A DNA stretch of 64,000 bases from Patescibacteria group bacterium (GTDB taxonomy: Bacteria; Patescibacteriota; Microgenomatia; UBA12405): NCBI GenBank assembly GCA_023380755.1, contig JAMCSD010000006.1, positions 316,735-380,734 on the forward strand, in the 5' to 3' direction. Numbering within the stretch: position 1 is the first letter of the stretch; each line of letters opens with the position of its first letter. A program made the position numbers and the translations under genes. The notes under the pieces are model-generated. The model saw nothing but the letters and a program-made list of their open reading frames with translations. It was not told where the DNA came from and made no database searches. This document shows, piece by piece, positions 25,017 to 34,832 of this stretch.

Positions 25017-25045
25017 TTGACTTCGAATCAATAATTCGGTACAAT
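25017..25045 (+). promoter_or_regulatory. sigma70-like promoter for 25099..25697
   Basis: TTGACT (25017-25022), a 17-nt spacer, then TACAAT (25040-25045). Confidence 0.45.
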
Positions 25046-25098
25046 AATCCCGTTAATTTCGCACATTCATATTTGAAGGTAAATAAGGAGAATAAGCT

Positions 25099-25341
25099 AT
25101 GGTCGACCTTACCATTAAAGTCGATCCCTATGGGGTAGTCGCCAAAATGGATCCCGTCGAACGTCGCCGCTTATTGATTCATCTTCTGGGCGAATTTGTT
25201 GGGTCGGAGACTTTAGATTCAACCGAACTGCAAACGGTTCGCCGGGCTGTTCGCCTCATCAACGCCCACGCTCAATACCGTTTTTCGACAACCAATATCG
25301 GCCTGTCAGACGAGATCTTAAGGAAACTTAATTGGGACTAA
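25099..25341 (+). CDS. hypothetical protein (80 aa)
   Basis: An AAGGAG RBS lies upstream. I recognised no family. Confidence 0.55.
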   Translation: MVDLTIKVDPYGVVAKMDPVERRRLLIHLLGEFVGSETLDSTELQTVRRAVRLINAHAQYRFSTTNIGLSDEILRKLNWD

Positions 25342-25364
25342 AATGTCCAAGTTTAGGAGGAATC

Positions 25365-25697
25365 ATGCCCCGCAAACAGAAGATCGTTGGTCCGATAAGT
25401 CCGGAACAAGTTGCTGAACTCAAAGCCGGTTCGGTACCTCAAGAGGTTTTCGACGCGTTCAACGATTTGATCCTCGAGAAAATTAACGAAGGTCATGCCT
25501 CTTTTACTCTCAAAGAGGTCGTCGCTCGGATGACTTCTAAAGGATTAGATGAAAAGGACATCTTCAACAAAGGTTGGCTGAATATTGAGCCGGCCTATCG
25601 CAAAAAGGGTTGGAAAGTTGGCTTCGAAAGGCCAGCTCCCGATGAAACGTATGACAGTTATTTTACCTTTGACCTACCTAAGAAGGCCGATTCTTAG
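25365..25697 (+). CDS. hypothetical protein (110 aa)
   Basis: The ATG at 25365 is preceded by AGGAGGAATC. The listed start at 25332 overlaps the previous gene and lacks an RBS. Confidence 0.55.
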   Translation: MPRKQKIVGPISPEQVAELKAGSVPQEVFDAFNDLILEKINEGHASFTLKEVVARMTSKGLDEKDIFNKGWLNIEPAYRKKGWKVGFERPAPDETYDSYFTFDLPKKADS

Positions 25698-25834
25698 CCT
25701 TCTGCAAGCACCGTAAGGTGAATCACGTCCGAAGCTATGGCGATATCGCATCGTCCGAAAAAAGCTGCTTTGGGCAGACTCAATCACCCCAAGGTGCTTT
25801 TTTCGTTTCTTAGGCGTAAATAATCCCATAACAT

Positions 25835-25862
25835 TTGACTTTATTGTCCCAAAGTATATAAT
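25835..25862 (+). promoter_or_regulatory. near-consensus sigma70 promoter with about 160-nt leader
   Basis: TTGACT (25835-25840), a 16-nt spacer, then TATAAT (25857-25862). The leader contains the CTACCGCC/GGCGGTAG hairpin just before the RBS of 26024. Confidence 0.5.
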
Positions 25863-26023
25863 AGCCAGGATGTAAAAAATAGTGCCCAGTGTTGACTGTA
25901 ACACTCTGGCGCTGTTTTGTACTTTAACATTCTGGTGTGAATCTCTTTTTCCCTTTGCTACCGCCTTTATAACGACTCATCTCGTTGTCATGGCGGTAGT
26001 AAATATGGAAAGAGAGGTAATTT

Positions 26024-26680
26024 ATGAAAATCATTTTCCGCCCCGTAAAAGGTCTCGAGATTTTACCCATAGCCCTTGGCGGATTTCTGGTTGTGGTCTC
26101 ATTTTCGCTGACTCAATTATGGCCTATAGCAATTATATTATTGCTCTATGGGCTTGGCGCTTATATCGTCAACAATCTCCCTAAGCTGTCCTTTTTGGAT
26201 TCTTGGATCCCCCTAAAGGACAAAAGCCTCCAGGTTAGCTTTTCCCTAAACGAGTTAATCGTTTGGAATAAGCGCGCCAAAGAGCTTAAGGATCCGGTTC
26301 TGAGGGAGGTACTTCACAAAGCCCTTAGTTCTGTTTCCGAGATACGTTTTCAGTACCAGCATCTTGAACCACAACGCCAGCAGTTTTGGGAACGCTACTT
26401 AACTGAAGCAGACAAAGCTTTGGATCTGGTATGGAGAGCCTTAAGCCGGGCAATGGTGGTCAAAACTGCCAATGCCACTGCTTTCCAGGAGCTGCTCCAA
26501 GCTGCTTCTAGTGCGCTTTCCGAAGTTGAGTCTTTTTCCCAAAAGATGGCCGAAGCCACTACGGATATCGACCTAACCGCCATTAGCCGTGGTTTAGCAG
26601 ATTCTCAAGCAGCCAGAGAGTTGCTTGAAGATCGGATTAGTTTGCTTAAGGAAGTACAGATGTACGAAAGGAGTAAGTAG
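26024..26680 (+). CDS. 2-TM membrane protein with cytoplasmic helical/coiled-coil domain
   Basis: 218 aa with a GAGAGG RBS. Two N-terminal TM helices are followed by a long helical region. The family is unknown. Confidence 0.6.
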   Translation: MKIIFRPVKGLEILPIALGGFLVVVSFSLTQLWPIAIILLLYGLGAYIVNNLPKLSFLDSWIPLKDKSLQVSFSLNELIVWNKRAKELKDPVLREVLHKALSSVSEIRFQYQHLEPQRQQFWERYLTEADKALDLVWRALSRAMVVKTANATAFQELLQAASSALSEVESFSQKMAEATTDIDLTAISRGLADSQAARELLEDRISLLKEVQMYERSK

Positions 26681-26682
26681 TC

Positions 26683-27096
26683 ATGGACGAAAATACCAGT
26701 CTCGGTAAGGCCATCGGCCTGTGGATCGTCATCGCTTTCGTTGTGGTCATCGTCGGCGGCATCATTGCTATCGGCTTTGGCTTGCTGGAATCGCCGTTGC
26801 AGAATCTGCATTGGCAGGCCTTCCAGAAGTCCGACGTCAACATTCAAGGCCTACAGACAACCCTCTCGCAAGAGATGGCCAATTATGCCGACTTTGACAC
26901 CAAAATTGCCTTATATAAGGGCAACAAGGATGTCGTCCCCGGTCTCTGTGGTCAACAGAAAGAGCTACTACGGATGTTCTATGAGAACGTTGACAAACTG
27001 ACGGCGGCTGATTCCAACTCCGTTCCCCAATCGGTCAAGGACTTTGTCAAAGATCACCCGCGTAATTCCGTTAATCCAGCTTGTTCGGAACAATAA
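26683..27096 (+). CDS. single-TM membrane protein
   Basis: 137 aa, starting 3 nt after the previous stop. The TM helix is LWIVIAFVVVIVGGIIAIGFGLL. The coding region is GC-rich. Confidence 0.6.
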   Translation: MDENTSLGKAIGLWIVIAFVVVIVGGIIAIGFGLLESPLQNLHWQAFQKSDVNIQGLQTTLSQEMANYADFDTKIALYKGNKDVVPGLCGQQKELLRMFYENVDKLTAADSNSVPQSVKDFVKDHPRNSVNPACSEQ

Positions 27097-27122
27097 CCCA
27101 TCTGTCACTCGGAGGTATAAAC

Positions 27123-27710
27123 ATGTTCGACCTAACTCTTCGTCAGCTTATCGGCAAGTTCAAGTTTGCTTTCATCGTTCTGGCCATTCTGGTCCCCATG
27201 GCGTTTGCCGCCTGCTCCAGCAGTTCTTCGGTGGTCGAAGAGCAGCGTGCCGTCAACCAGCAGCAAGAGGCAGCCCAAGGACGGGTTCCCCAGCCGGTAA
27301 TGAAGAATTACCTGGAGCGCTACTTGATGGCCGAGCTCTACAAGGCGCGGGATAATGCCGTCGCTACTTGGAGTTATATCCAGAGCCCCTACACCGGCAA
27401 GATCCTCTGGCAGTGCGCTTCCATCGGCTTTCCGATCCCCGGCGGCACCCAGTTGACCAACCCCGAGCAGTACTACTCATCGGGTGGTGTCTTGCCGCAA
27501 GCAGAACCCAACGGCCTCTATACCCCGGCTACTTCCGCGGGAACATATGTGATGTGCGTCAACAAGGACGGCACCATTAGTCCCCAATATAAGGAGCCAG
27601 CAGTCGAGACCTCAATGTGCCCCATCGAAGAGGTCAACGGTGAGGTCCGTTGCATCGAAGGTACTAAACCCTCGCTCAAGATCGACCTCTCCAAGAACAC
27701 CGGCCAGTAA
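27123..27710 (+). CDS. putative lipoprotein
   Basis: The ATG at 27123 is preceded by GGAGGT. The signal peptide has a lipobox-like sequence, LVPMAFAAC. 195 aa with four further Cys residues. The family is unknown. Confidence 0.6.
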   Translation: MFDLTLRQLIGKFKFAFIVLAILVPMAFAACSSSSSVVEEQRAVNQQQEAAQGRVPQPVMKNYLERYLMAELYKARDNAVATWSYIQSPYTGKILWQCASIGFPIPGGTQLTNPEQYYSSGGVLPQAEPNGLYTPATSAGTYVMCVNKDGTISPQYKEPAVETSMCPIEEVNGEVRCIEGTKPSLKIDLSKNTGQ

Positions 27711-27728
27711 GTCAATCACACCAGAATT

Positions 27729-27777
27729 AAGAACGGTTGGAAGGCCCTGCCTTTCACTTTGGCCTTCCGCCGTTCTT
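27729..27777 (+). terminator. long hairpin ending the 26024-27710 cassette
   Basis: AAGAACGGTTGGAAGGCC ... GGCCTTCCGCCGTTCTT forms 16 bp with a 2x2 internal loop, followed by a T-rich tract. Confidence 0.6.
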
Positions 27778-27811
27778 ATCTATTTTTCCCTGAAGTTGTT
27801 ATACTGATTTC

Positions 27812-28330
27812 ATGAAATTACCCGATTCGTGGACCACGGTGACCCCTTTTTCCAAAGCCTTTGCTTTTACCTTGTTTATCCTTTTACCCTTTTTTGCTTT
27901 TTACCTGGGCTCACAGTATCAACAGCTTAAAGATACTCCCGCTCCGGTGATTGTTAGGATCACTCAGCTAACCACCCCCACCCCCGCCCCGGCTCGCGAC
28001 CAGTCCTTAATCTGCGGTCCAATGCCGGTCGAATTATTTACAACCGCCAAGTTTGAGCAGCTTACCGGGCCATTATGGTCGCCCGATTGCCGCCACATTG
28101 CTTGGGGTCGAAGGATAAGTACCCCGAGCCGCTTTACCGGCCCCAACCCCCGCGATGGTATTTTCGTATATACCGAGAAAACCGGCAAAACCCAACGCGT
28201 ATACCAACCCCAGGGCGCCGAGGCCGTCGAATTCACCGGTTGGCTGGATTCCCAAAATCTGCATTTCACCAAAAACAGTCAGCCCCCGGCCTATACTTTG
28301 GACCTAGCGACAGGTGCGGTTGCTCCCTGA
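27812..28330 (+). CDS. membrane-anchored protein with TolB/beta-propeller-like repeat signature
   Basis: 172 aa with an N-terminal TM. WSPDCRHIAWG resembles a WD40-like beta-propeller repeat. The assignment is weak. Confidence 0.45.
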   Translation: MKLPDSWTTVTPFSKAFAFTLFILLPFFAFYLGSQYQQLKDTPAPVIVRITQLTTPTPAPARDQSLICGPMPVELFTTAKFEQLTGPLWSPDCRHIAWGRRISTPSRFTGPNPRDGIFVYTEKTGKTQRVYQPQGAEAVEFTGWLDSQNLHFTKNSQPPAYTLDLATGAVAP

Positions 28331-28434
28331 GTTGTGCTACACTACCCCAGTTCGATAGAAGCCTTTAATTGCGAGACTTTTTATCCGATGTATTCGTACT
28401 TTAAGAAACAGGACTATAAAGAAGGAGGATCCGG

Positions 28435-29022
28435 ATGCAGTTGCTTAAACAGCCCCAAACCGAACAGGAATATTGGGAGTGCCTCTATTCCTTAGGTAGC
28501 AGCCTTTATGCCACCGAGCACGACTTATGTGATGGCCGTATTGACGATCCCGATGGTGAGGTAGCCCGCGACCAGTCTCAGGGTTACGAAATCGGTCGGC
28601 GTTTGATCAGCGAGGCTTGTGATAAGTTTGGCCTCATCCACCCTAACGATATTCCCCGTAATACCACCGGACAGTTGCCGCCCCTACCTCCGGGTAAGAA
28701 GATGTACTTTAACGACTGGCTGCAGGCCAAAAGACGGGAGTGGCTAACTCTGGAATACCACAAAACGATTTGTTCCGGTTGCATTCTTAGTGAAGGTTTG
28801 GAAGAATTCATTCTGCGTGAAGGGGGTATCTGTTGTTCACTGAGTCATAGTTTAGGGATACTGGTTCATTCCGATACCTGCGATTTGGTCGAGCCCATTT
28901 GGGATGACCATTGGAGCCGGCGGCGCTTGCTGACCAACATCCGCGCCCGTGGCGGTCAGGCCGCAGTCATTGTTTTCAGGCAAAAGGAGGCCGAACTCAA
29001 AACCGCGGCTAAAAATACCTAG
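28435..29022 (+). CDS. hypothetical Cys-rich protein (195 aa)
   Basis: The RBS is GAAGGAGGAT. There are nine Cys residues, including CSGC and a CC pair. I recognised no family. Confidence 0.55.
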   Translation: MQLLKQPQTEQEYWECLYSLGSSLYATEHDLCDGRIDDPDGEVARDQSQGYEIGRRLISEACDKFGLIHPNDIPRNTTGQLPPLPPGKKMYFNDWLQAKRREWLTLEYHKTICSGCILSEGLEEFILREGGICCSLSHSLGILVHSDTCDLVEPIWDDHWSRRRLLTNIRARGGQAAVIVFRQKEAELKTAAKNT

Positions 29023-29082
29023 TTTATAGTTTGTGAATATGTTCTCGGGCACTTAAGTCCGCACCCCGCTTAAGTGCCATTT

Positions 29083-29613
29083 TTATATCTCCCAATTAAG
29101 AAGTGGACTTAACCAACCTCGCCGGCCGATGTACACCCTTTGACGGGCTATAAAATCGATTCCAGTTAAATTCGCCACCTCCATGGCAATTGAGCGTGTC
29201 GTTCCGTCAATAAGATAAGGCAACCGACTCAACCTTCCCCGCACCATAATTAGATTCGGCAGGCTCTTTCCCTCCTCCAGCTCATCAATAAAATAACGAA
29301 TATTGTTGATGTAACGGTGTTCCGGCAGTTCTCCTTTTTTCTGAAGTTCAATAAATGTCCGGGCAATATCTTCCAAATTATCAACTCTACCATAAGCCAT
29401 CAGCAGGTGGTCCGGGTGATCCTTGGGCAGGTCGGGCGAATAGTAAGGTCGTGCCTTGGCGAGTAAATTGTTGGTTAGCGGAACTTCTTGCCAAGTATTT
29501 ACCTTATTAACTAATTCATGAAACTGCTTTGTTCCCTGCGGGCTCAGCTGATAGTAATGATCAACGACTGTTTTTTTAGCCACCCTCTTTCCTTCTTTCA
29601 TAAACAGATACAA
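29083..29613 (-). CDS. hypothetical protein (176 aa)
   Basis: This is a complete ORF. TATAAT lies only 3 nt from the first ATG, so the second Met (MKEGKR) may be the true start. I recognised no family. Confidence 0.5.
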   Translation of the reverse strand: MYLFMKEGKRVAKKTVVDHYYQLSPQGTKQFHELVNKVNTWQEVPLTNNLLAKARPYYSPDLPKDHPDHLLMAYGRVDNLEDIARTFIELQKKGELPEHRYINNIRYFIDELEEGKSLPNLIMVRGRLSRLPYLIDGTTRSIAMEVANLTGIDFIARQRVYIGRRGWLSPLLNWEI

Positions 29614-29648
29614 TTATACTATGAGTTTTGCGTATCAAATCTTGATAC

Positions 29649-29676
29649 CAAAAACCCCTCCGATTTGGAGGGGTTT
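29649..29676 (-). terminator. intrinsic terminator of the RRM gene
   Basis: CCCCTCC-GATTT-GGAGGGG hairpin, with a T-run on the minus strand (AAAAA at 29650-29654 on the plus strand). Confidence 0.7.
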
Positions 29677-29700
29677 AGTTTAAGTTTTTTAAGAAAAAAC

Positions 29701-29970
29701 TTATGCCTTATTAGAACGCTCAGGACGAGGTAGAGCTTCCTTAACAACAATGTTGCGGCCCATTTGGTCGCTGTTGTTTAGTTCGGCAATTGCTTTGGCG
29801 GCATCTTCATCAGATGAAAATTCCACAAATCCGAATCCGCGGCTGCGGCCGGTCATCTTGTCTTTGACGATGTTGGCCGAGGTTACTTGGCCGTAAGCAG
29901 AAAAAACTTGTAACAAATTGTCATCGGTCATTGCAAAAGGCAAGTTGCCGACAAAAAGATTCTTAGCCAT
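29701..29970 (-). CDS. RRM-type RNA-binding protein
   Basis: 89 aa. It has RNP2 LFVGNL and RNP1 RGFGFVEF, with an AAGGAGAC RBS. Confidence 0.9.
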   Translation of the reverse strand: MAKNLFVGNLPFAMTDDNLLQVFSAYGQVTSANIVKDKMTGRSRGFGFVEFSSDEDAAKAIAELNNSDQMGRNIVVKEALPRPERSNKA

Positions 29971-30187
29971 TAAGTCTCCTTATAAAATAAAATTAACAAG
30001 ACATCACGCTGCATTAGGGAAATAAAAAGGGGAATATAAAAAATCTCTTTAAATTTACTTTATGCTTCGTGTAATCTTTGATGCCGGCCGCTGGCTAAAG
30101 CCGCCTTTATCTGATCCCTATTATAGCAAATACCTCGGAAAAATGGTACAAGTAGCTGTTTTTGGCTGACCAGGATACAATAAGTGG

Positions 30188-31843
30188 GTGCCCAAAATTG
30201 AGAGCCGAGTCCATCAGGTGATTGACCGCGAGACTACTAAAAATGAATTACTTTCGATTCTCTTAAAGAACCGCAATGTTTCGTCGTCGGCTGCTGACAC
30301 CTTTTTCCATCCCACCCACCCTAAAGCCCTCACGCCAACGGAGTTCGGTTTAAGCGCCCCGGCCCTAGGAGCAGCCAAAGATAGCCTTAAATCTGCCTTG
30401 ACCTCCAAATCAAAAATCCTCATTTATGGCGATTATGACGTCGATGGCTTAACCTCGACGGCCATAATGTGGCAGACTCTTACCCAGCTTGGGGCCAACG
30501 TCCTGCCTTTTATCCCTCACCGGGAAAAAGATGGTTACGGTTTCCGTTATCAGTCATTACGCCGCTTCGAAGATTCTAAAAAGACCCATTTTGACATGGT
30601 AATTACCGTTGATAACGGGATTGTCGCCCACCAGGAACTCGCCAAGTTAGTTGCCGACGGTCGGCAAGTTATCGTCGTGGACCACCATTTGCCCGATGGC
30701 GAGCAGGACCCGGCCATTAATATCGTTCATTCTACCCAAGTATCCGGTAGTATTCTTTCCTGGGTTGTGGCCCACTCCCTCGACCCCAACGCCGATTTAG
30801 GTTTAGCCGCACTCGGTGCTGTTGCCGATTGTGTTCCCTTGCTGGGTGTTAACCGCAGCGTGGTGGTCTATGGCCTGCAATCACTGCGCCTTAATCCTAA
30901 TATCGGCCTTAAAAAGCTCATGGAAATTAGCCGCTGCCGTCAGGATTCGCTCTCGACTTACGATTTGGGATTTATCCTCGGGCCAAGGCTGAATGCTGTT
31001 GGCCGCCTCTCTGATCCCACTGATGCCCTCCGGCTACTGTGTAGCCCCAACCTGGCTACTGCGGCCAAATACGCCCGTGTTTTGGAGGATTTTAATCGCG
31101 ACCGCCAATTGCTCCAAGGTGAACACTTGGAAGAAGCCGAAAAAATGGTCAAAGAAAACCAAAATAAAGTCATCGTGATTGCCAGTCCTAAGTTTAGTCC
31201 GGGAATTATCGGTCTGGTCGCTGGGCGCCTCTTAGAAAAATATCATTTGCCTAGTGTGGTGATAAGTATTGAAGATAGTTTTGCCAAAGGTTCTTGCCGT
31301 TCTATCCAGGGTCTCAATATTATCGACCTTCTTCGGAGTATGGAGGATCTCTTTATGGACCTTGGCGGCCATGCCGCCGCGGCAGGGTTTACCATTGCCA
31401 CCAAAAATATTCCGGAATTGCAAAAACGACTGGCTCACGTCTTAAATAAAAAATTGTCCGCTACCGAGTTGGAACCCGTCATCGAGGTTGACGCCCGCAT
31501 GAAACTTTCGGCTGTCAATCTTAAGAATATTGACTATATTAAAACTCTGGAACCCTTCGGCGTGGGTAATCCTGAACCGTTGTTTGCCTTTGAAAAGGTC
31601 CAAATCCGTTCCAAGCGTCTGCTGGGCCAGACTGGCGATCATCTTCGTCTTAATCTCGATGATCCCGAAACTAAAACTATTGAAAACACTTCCACCACGG
31701 CCATCGCTTTTAAGAAAGGGGATATGTACGACCAATTACACGATGGCGATGTGGTCGATATTGTTGCCCGTCTCGAGGCCAATGTCTGGCAGCATCAAAG
31801 TTACCCTCAACTGGTAGTGAAAGAAATCATTAAAGGTATATAA
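30188..31843 (+). CDS. recJ: single-stranded-DNA-specific exonuclease RecJ
   Basis: 551 aa. It has DHH motifs (GDYDVDGLTS, VDNG, VVDHH) and DHHA1 (GGHAAAAG). The start is GTG, 6 nt after TACAAT. Confidence 0.9.
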   Translation: MPKIESRVHQVIDRETTKNELLSILLKNRNVSSSAADTFFHPTHPKALTPTEFGLSAPALGAAKDSLKSALTSKSKILIYGDYDVDGLTSTAIMWQTLTQLGANVLPFIPHREKDGYGFRYQSLRRFEDSKKTHFDMVITVDNGIVAHQELAKLVADGRQVIVVDHHLPDGEQDPAINIVHSTQVSGSILSWVVAHSLDPNADLGLAALGAVADCVPLLGVNRSVVVYGLQSLRLNPNIGLKKLMEISRCRQDSLSTYDLGFILGPRLNAVGRLSDPTDALRLLCSPNLATAAKYARVLEDFNRDRQLLQGEHLEEAEKMVKENQNKVIVIASPKFSPGIIGLVAGRLLEKYHLPSVVISIEDSFAKGSCRSIQGLNIIDLLRSMEDLFMDLGGHAAAAGFTIATKNIPELQKRLAHVLNKKLSATELEPVIEVDARMKLSAVNLKNIDYIKTLEPFGVGNPEPLFAFEKVQIRSKRLLGQTGDHLRLNLDDPETKTIENTSTTAIAFKKGDMYDQLHDGDVVDIVARLEANVWQHQSYPQLVVKEIIKGI

Positions 31844-32015
31844 TATCTTCCATAAAGCGTCTTAGTGGCCAACAACCACGAAGCTGCGGGAAGAAAAGCT
31901 CATCACTCATTAGAACCCGACGGAGGCAAAACCGTACCAGACTGGCTGCGTGTGTCGTTTATCGGAGCACGTTTAATTCTCCTTACGACACGTGTATTAT
32001 TAATTTATTGCCTCT

Positions 32016-33809
32016 ATGCTACCAAGAACACGTGCCCTTGAAGCTCTCCAAAAAATCGGTGAGAGTATTATTTTAAAAGGCTGGGTTGCCAATATCCGGG
32101 ACCACGGCCAAATAATCTTTATCGAGTTACGCGATTGGACCGGGATCATCCAAATTGTGGTTGATAAGTCTGTTGCCCCAGTCGCTTTTAAAATTGCCTC
32201 TAGCTTGGGCAAAGAATGGGTGGTGGCAATTGAGGGTGAAGTCAAAAAACGGGAGCCTGCTTTTGTCAATAAAAATTTAACTACTGGTGAAATTGAAGTC
32301 GCCGCTACCGAAATCCAAGTTTTAAACCAATCAAAAGTCTTGCCTTTTCCTTTGGATACCGATGGCCGGGAACTCGACGAAAACTTACGCCTAAAATACC
32401 GATTTATTGATTTACGCCGGGAACGCTTGGGGCAGATCATCCGTCTGCGCCATCGCTATACCATGGCTATCCGCAATTGGATGGACCAACACGGATTTAC
32501 CGACGTCGTCACCCCGGTGTTAACCAGCTCTTCTCCCGAAGGTGCCCGGGATTTCATTATTCCTTCCCGGATCCACAAAGGCAGGTTTTACGTTTTGCCC
32601 CAAGCCCCCCAACAATTTAAGCAGCTTTTGATGGTTGGTGGCGTTGACCGTTATTACCAAATTGCTCCTTGTTTTCGTGATGAAGATCCGCGGGCCGACC
32701 GCCATTACGGTGCTTTTTACCAAATCGATGTCGAGATTTCTTTCCCTACCATTGACGAAATCTTAGGTGTGGCCGAAAACTTGGTCAATGACACCTTTAA
32801 AACCGTTGCTCCCCAAAAGAAAATCAAACAATTTCCCTTCCCCCGGATTTCCTATCTTGAGGCGGTAGATAAGTACGGCACTGATAAGCCTGATACCCGC
32901 TTCGAGTTGTTCCTAAAAGATCTTACCGAAGTCGTCAAGGGTAACACTGAATTTGGCATCTTTAATAATGCTGAATCGGTCAAGGCAATGGTCGCTCCGG
33001 GTTGTGCCACTTGGTCCAAAACCGAGCTGGAAAGAATGGAAAAATTTGCCAAAGAAAAAGGCGCCAAAGGCCTCATCAATCTCAAGGTGACTGCCGCGGG
33101 TCTCGAGGGCAATACCGCCAAATTCTTGACCCCCGCTGTCCAACAAGACATCATCAAAGCCGCTGGAGCCAGGGCAGGGGATTTGCTCTTGATTGCCGCC
33201 GGCAAAAAGTCCGAGGTTAATAAGGTTTTGGGAGCTGTCCGCCTCCGTCTGGGCGAAATATTGAAATTGGCCGATCCCAATGAGTTAGCTTTTATCTTCG
33301 TCACTGATTTTCCTTTTTATGAAATTAACGAAGAAGGAAAATTGGACTTTGGCCACAATCCTTTCTCCATGCCCCAGGGCGGCATGAAAGCTTTTGCGGT
33401 CGATGATCCCTTAAAGATTCGGAGCTTCCAATACGACCTTGCCTGCAACGGCTACGAACTAATGTCTGGGTCCATCCGTAATCACGAGCCGGAAACCTTA
33501 GTCAAAGCCTTTGAAGTTGTAGGCTATGATCGGGCCGAAGTCTTGCGGCGTTTTGGCGGCATGTATAACGCCTTCCAGTATGGCGCCCCGCCCCATGGTG
33601 GTTTTGCCATCGGTATTGATCGCTTGTTTATGATCCTCATTGACGAGCCCAACATCCGTGATGTCTACGCCTTCCCGCTCAACAGTAACGGTGTTGATGT
33701 CCTAATGAATGCCCCGAGTCCCGTCTACCCCAAACAGCTCGAGGAATGCGGCATTATGCTTCGCCCCGACCTGGAGCCTGAAGAAGAAGAGACCAAAGAA
33801 GCGGCCTAG
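32016..33809 (+). CDS. aspS: aspartate--tRNA ligase
   Basis: 597 aa. It has an OB anticodon-binding N-terminus, class II motif 2 ([10 protein letters not shown]) and motif 3 ([10 protein letters not shown]). Confidence 0.95.
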   Translation: MLPRTRALEALQKIGESIILKGWVANIRDHGQIIFIELRDWTGIIQIVVDKSVAPVAFKIASSLGKEWVVAIEGEVKKREPAFVNKNLTTGEIEVAATEIQVLNQSKVLPFPLDTDGRELDENLRLKYRFIDLRRERLGQIIRLRHRYTMAIRNWMDQHGFTDVVTPVLTSSSPEGARDFIIPSRIHKGRFYVLPQAPQQFKQLLMVGGVDRYYQIAPCFRDEDPRADRHYGAFYQIDVEISFPTIDEILGVAENLVNDTFKTVAPQKKIKQFPFPRISYLEAVDKYGTDKPDTRFELFLKDLTEVVKGNTEFGIFNNAESVKAMVAPGCATWSKTELERMEKFAKEKGAKGLINLKVTAAGLEGNTAKFLTPAVQQDIIKAAGARAGDLLLIAAGKKSEVNKVLGAVRLRLGEILKLADPNELAFIFVTDFPFYEINEEGKLDFGHNPFSMPQGGMKAFAVDDPLKIRSFQYDLACNGYELMSGSIRNHEPETLVKAFEVVGYDRAEVLRRFGGMYNAFQYGAPPHGGFAIGIDRLFMILIDEPNIRDVYAFPLNSNGVDVLMNAPSPVYPKQLEECGIMLRPDLEPEEEETKEAA

Positions 33810-33860
33810 TTCTGTTATCATGAAATCAGTCGATTTTATTAAAATTGGTGTGCCCCACCA

Positions 33861-34832
33861 TTGGCCATTATGCGCAAACTAACGCCTAAAATTCATTGGT
33901 CAATTGTCATCCTGGTCATCTTGTTGCTTTCCGGCCTTCTCCCCACTACTAAAATGTGGAGTTTTCCCGTTCTGGTCAACATACCCCCAGCGATTAAGGG
34001 TAATCCCTTGCTTGATAATTTTCAGCACCCCCCGGTTCCCGTGGTCAAAGCCGCTGATTTACCCGCTCTTCAGGCTAGTTCTTATATAGTCTTAGATAAA
34101 ACGACCAACGCCATTATTATCGCCAAAAATCCCCATTCCCGGATTTATCCGGCTTCCACCACCAAGTTAGCCACCGTCTTAACCGCCCTAAATACCTTTC
34201 CCCTCGACAAGGTCATTACTATCAAAGATCCCTATAAGGATGGTCAAATTATGAAACTGGAACCGGGCGAAAAAATCACCGTCCGCTCCTTGGTTTCCGC
34301 CCTTCTCATTTATTCTGCCAACGACTCTGCCCACGCCCTGGCTGACCATTTTGCCGGCGGCGAACCCGCTTTTGTCACGGCCATGAATAGTCTGATGGCT
34401 AAATATAATCTGACCGATACCCACTTCGTCGATGTCGACGGCATGCATCAGCCGGACCATTATTCTACGGTCTACGACCTGGGGCAGCTCGGGCGCTTAG
34501 CCGCCAAAAACCCTATTGTTCGGGAAACAGTCAAGATCCCCAAGCTGACCGTCACCGACTTGTCAGGCAATATTTCCCATCCCCTAACCACTACCGATGA
34601 ACTCTTAGGCGTTGTTCCCGAAATTGAAGGTTTAAAAACCGGCTGGACTCCCGAGGCTGGCGGATGTTTTATTGGCTTGGTCAACATTAATAACCACGAG
34701 TTGGTTACCGTGGTGGCTGCCTCGGCAGACCGCTTTGGGGATACTAAACTGCTGATTGATTGGCTAAAAAATAATCTTTCTTATCATGATTATTCTGGTG
34801 ATACCATTGAATCGGCGACCGCTGGCAAATAA
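33861..34832 (+). CDS. D-alanyl-D-alanine carboxypeptidase (S11, PBP5-like)
   Basis: 323 aa. It has SxxK (PASTTKL), SxN (YSANDSA) and KTG (LKTGWT), plus an N-terminal TM or signal. Confidence 0.88.
   Translation: MAIMRKLTPKIHWSIVILVILLLSGLLPTTKMWSFPVLVNIPPAIKGNPLLDNFQHPPVPVVKAADLPALQASSYIVLDKTTNAIIIAKNPHSRIYPASTTKLATVLTALNTFPLDKVITIKDPYKDGQIMKLEPGEKITVRSLVSALLIYSANDSAHALADHFAGGEPAFVTAMNSLMAKYNLTDTHFVDVDGMHQPDHYSTVYDLGQLGRLAAKNPIVRETVKIPKLTVTDLSGNISHPLTTTDELLGVVPEIEGLKTGWTPEAGGCFIGLVNINNHELVTVVAASADRFGDTKLLIDWLKNNLSYHDYSGDTIESATAGK

Noticed and set aside
25674-25904. 76-aa minus-strand ORF
   Set aside because: It spans a terminator-like hairpin and the near-consensus promoter at 25835-25862, and overlaps the end of 25365..25697. 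It has no RBS.
31844-32015. T-box leader or SRP/other small RNA between recJ and aspS
   Set aside because: The region has an 8-bp hairpin (CGTGTCGT/ACGACACG) and contains GAC triplets. It lacks the conserved T-box sequence (GGGTGGTACCGCG-like), and I found no SRP domain IV motif on either strand. It is left unassigned.
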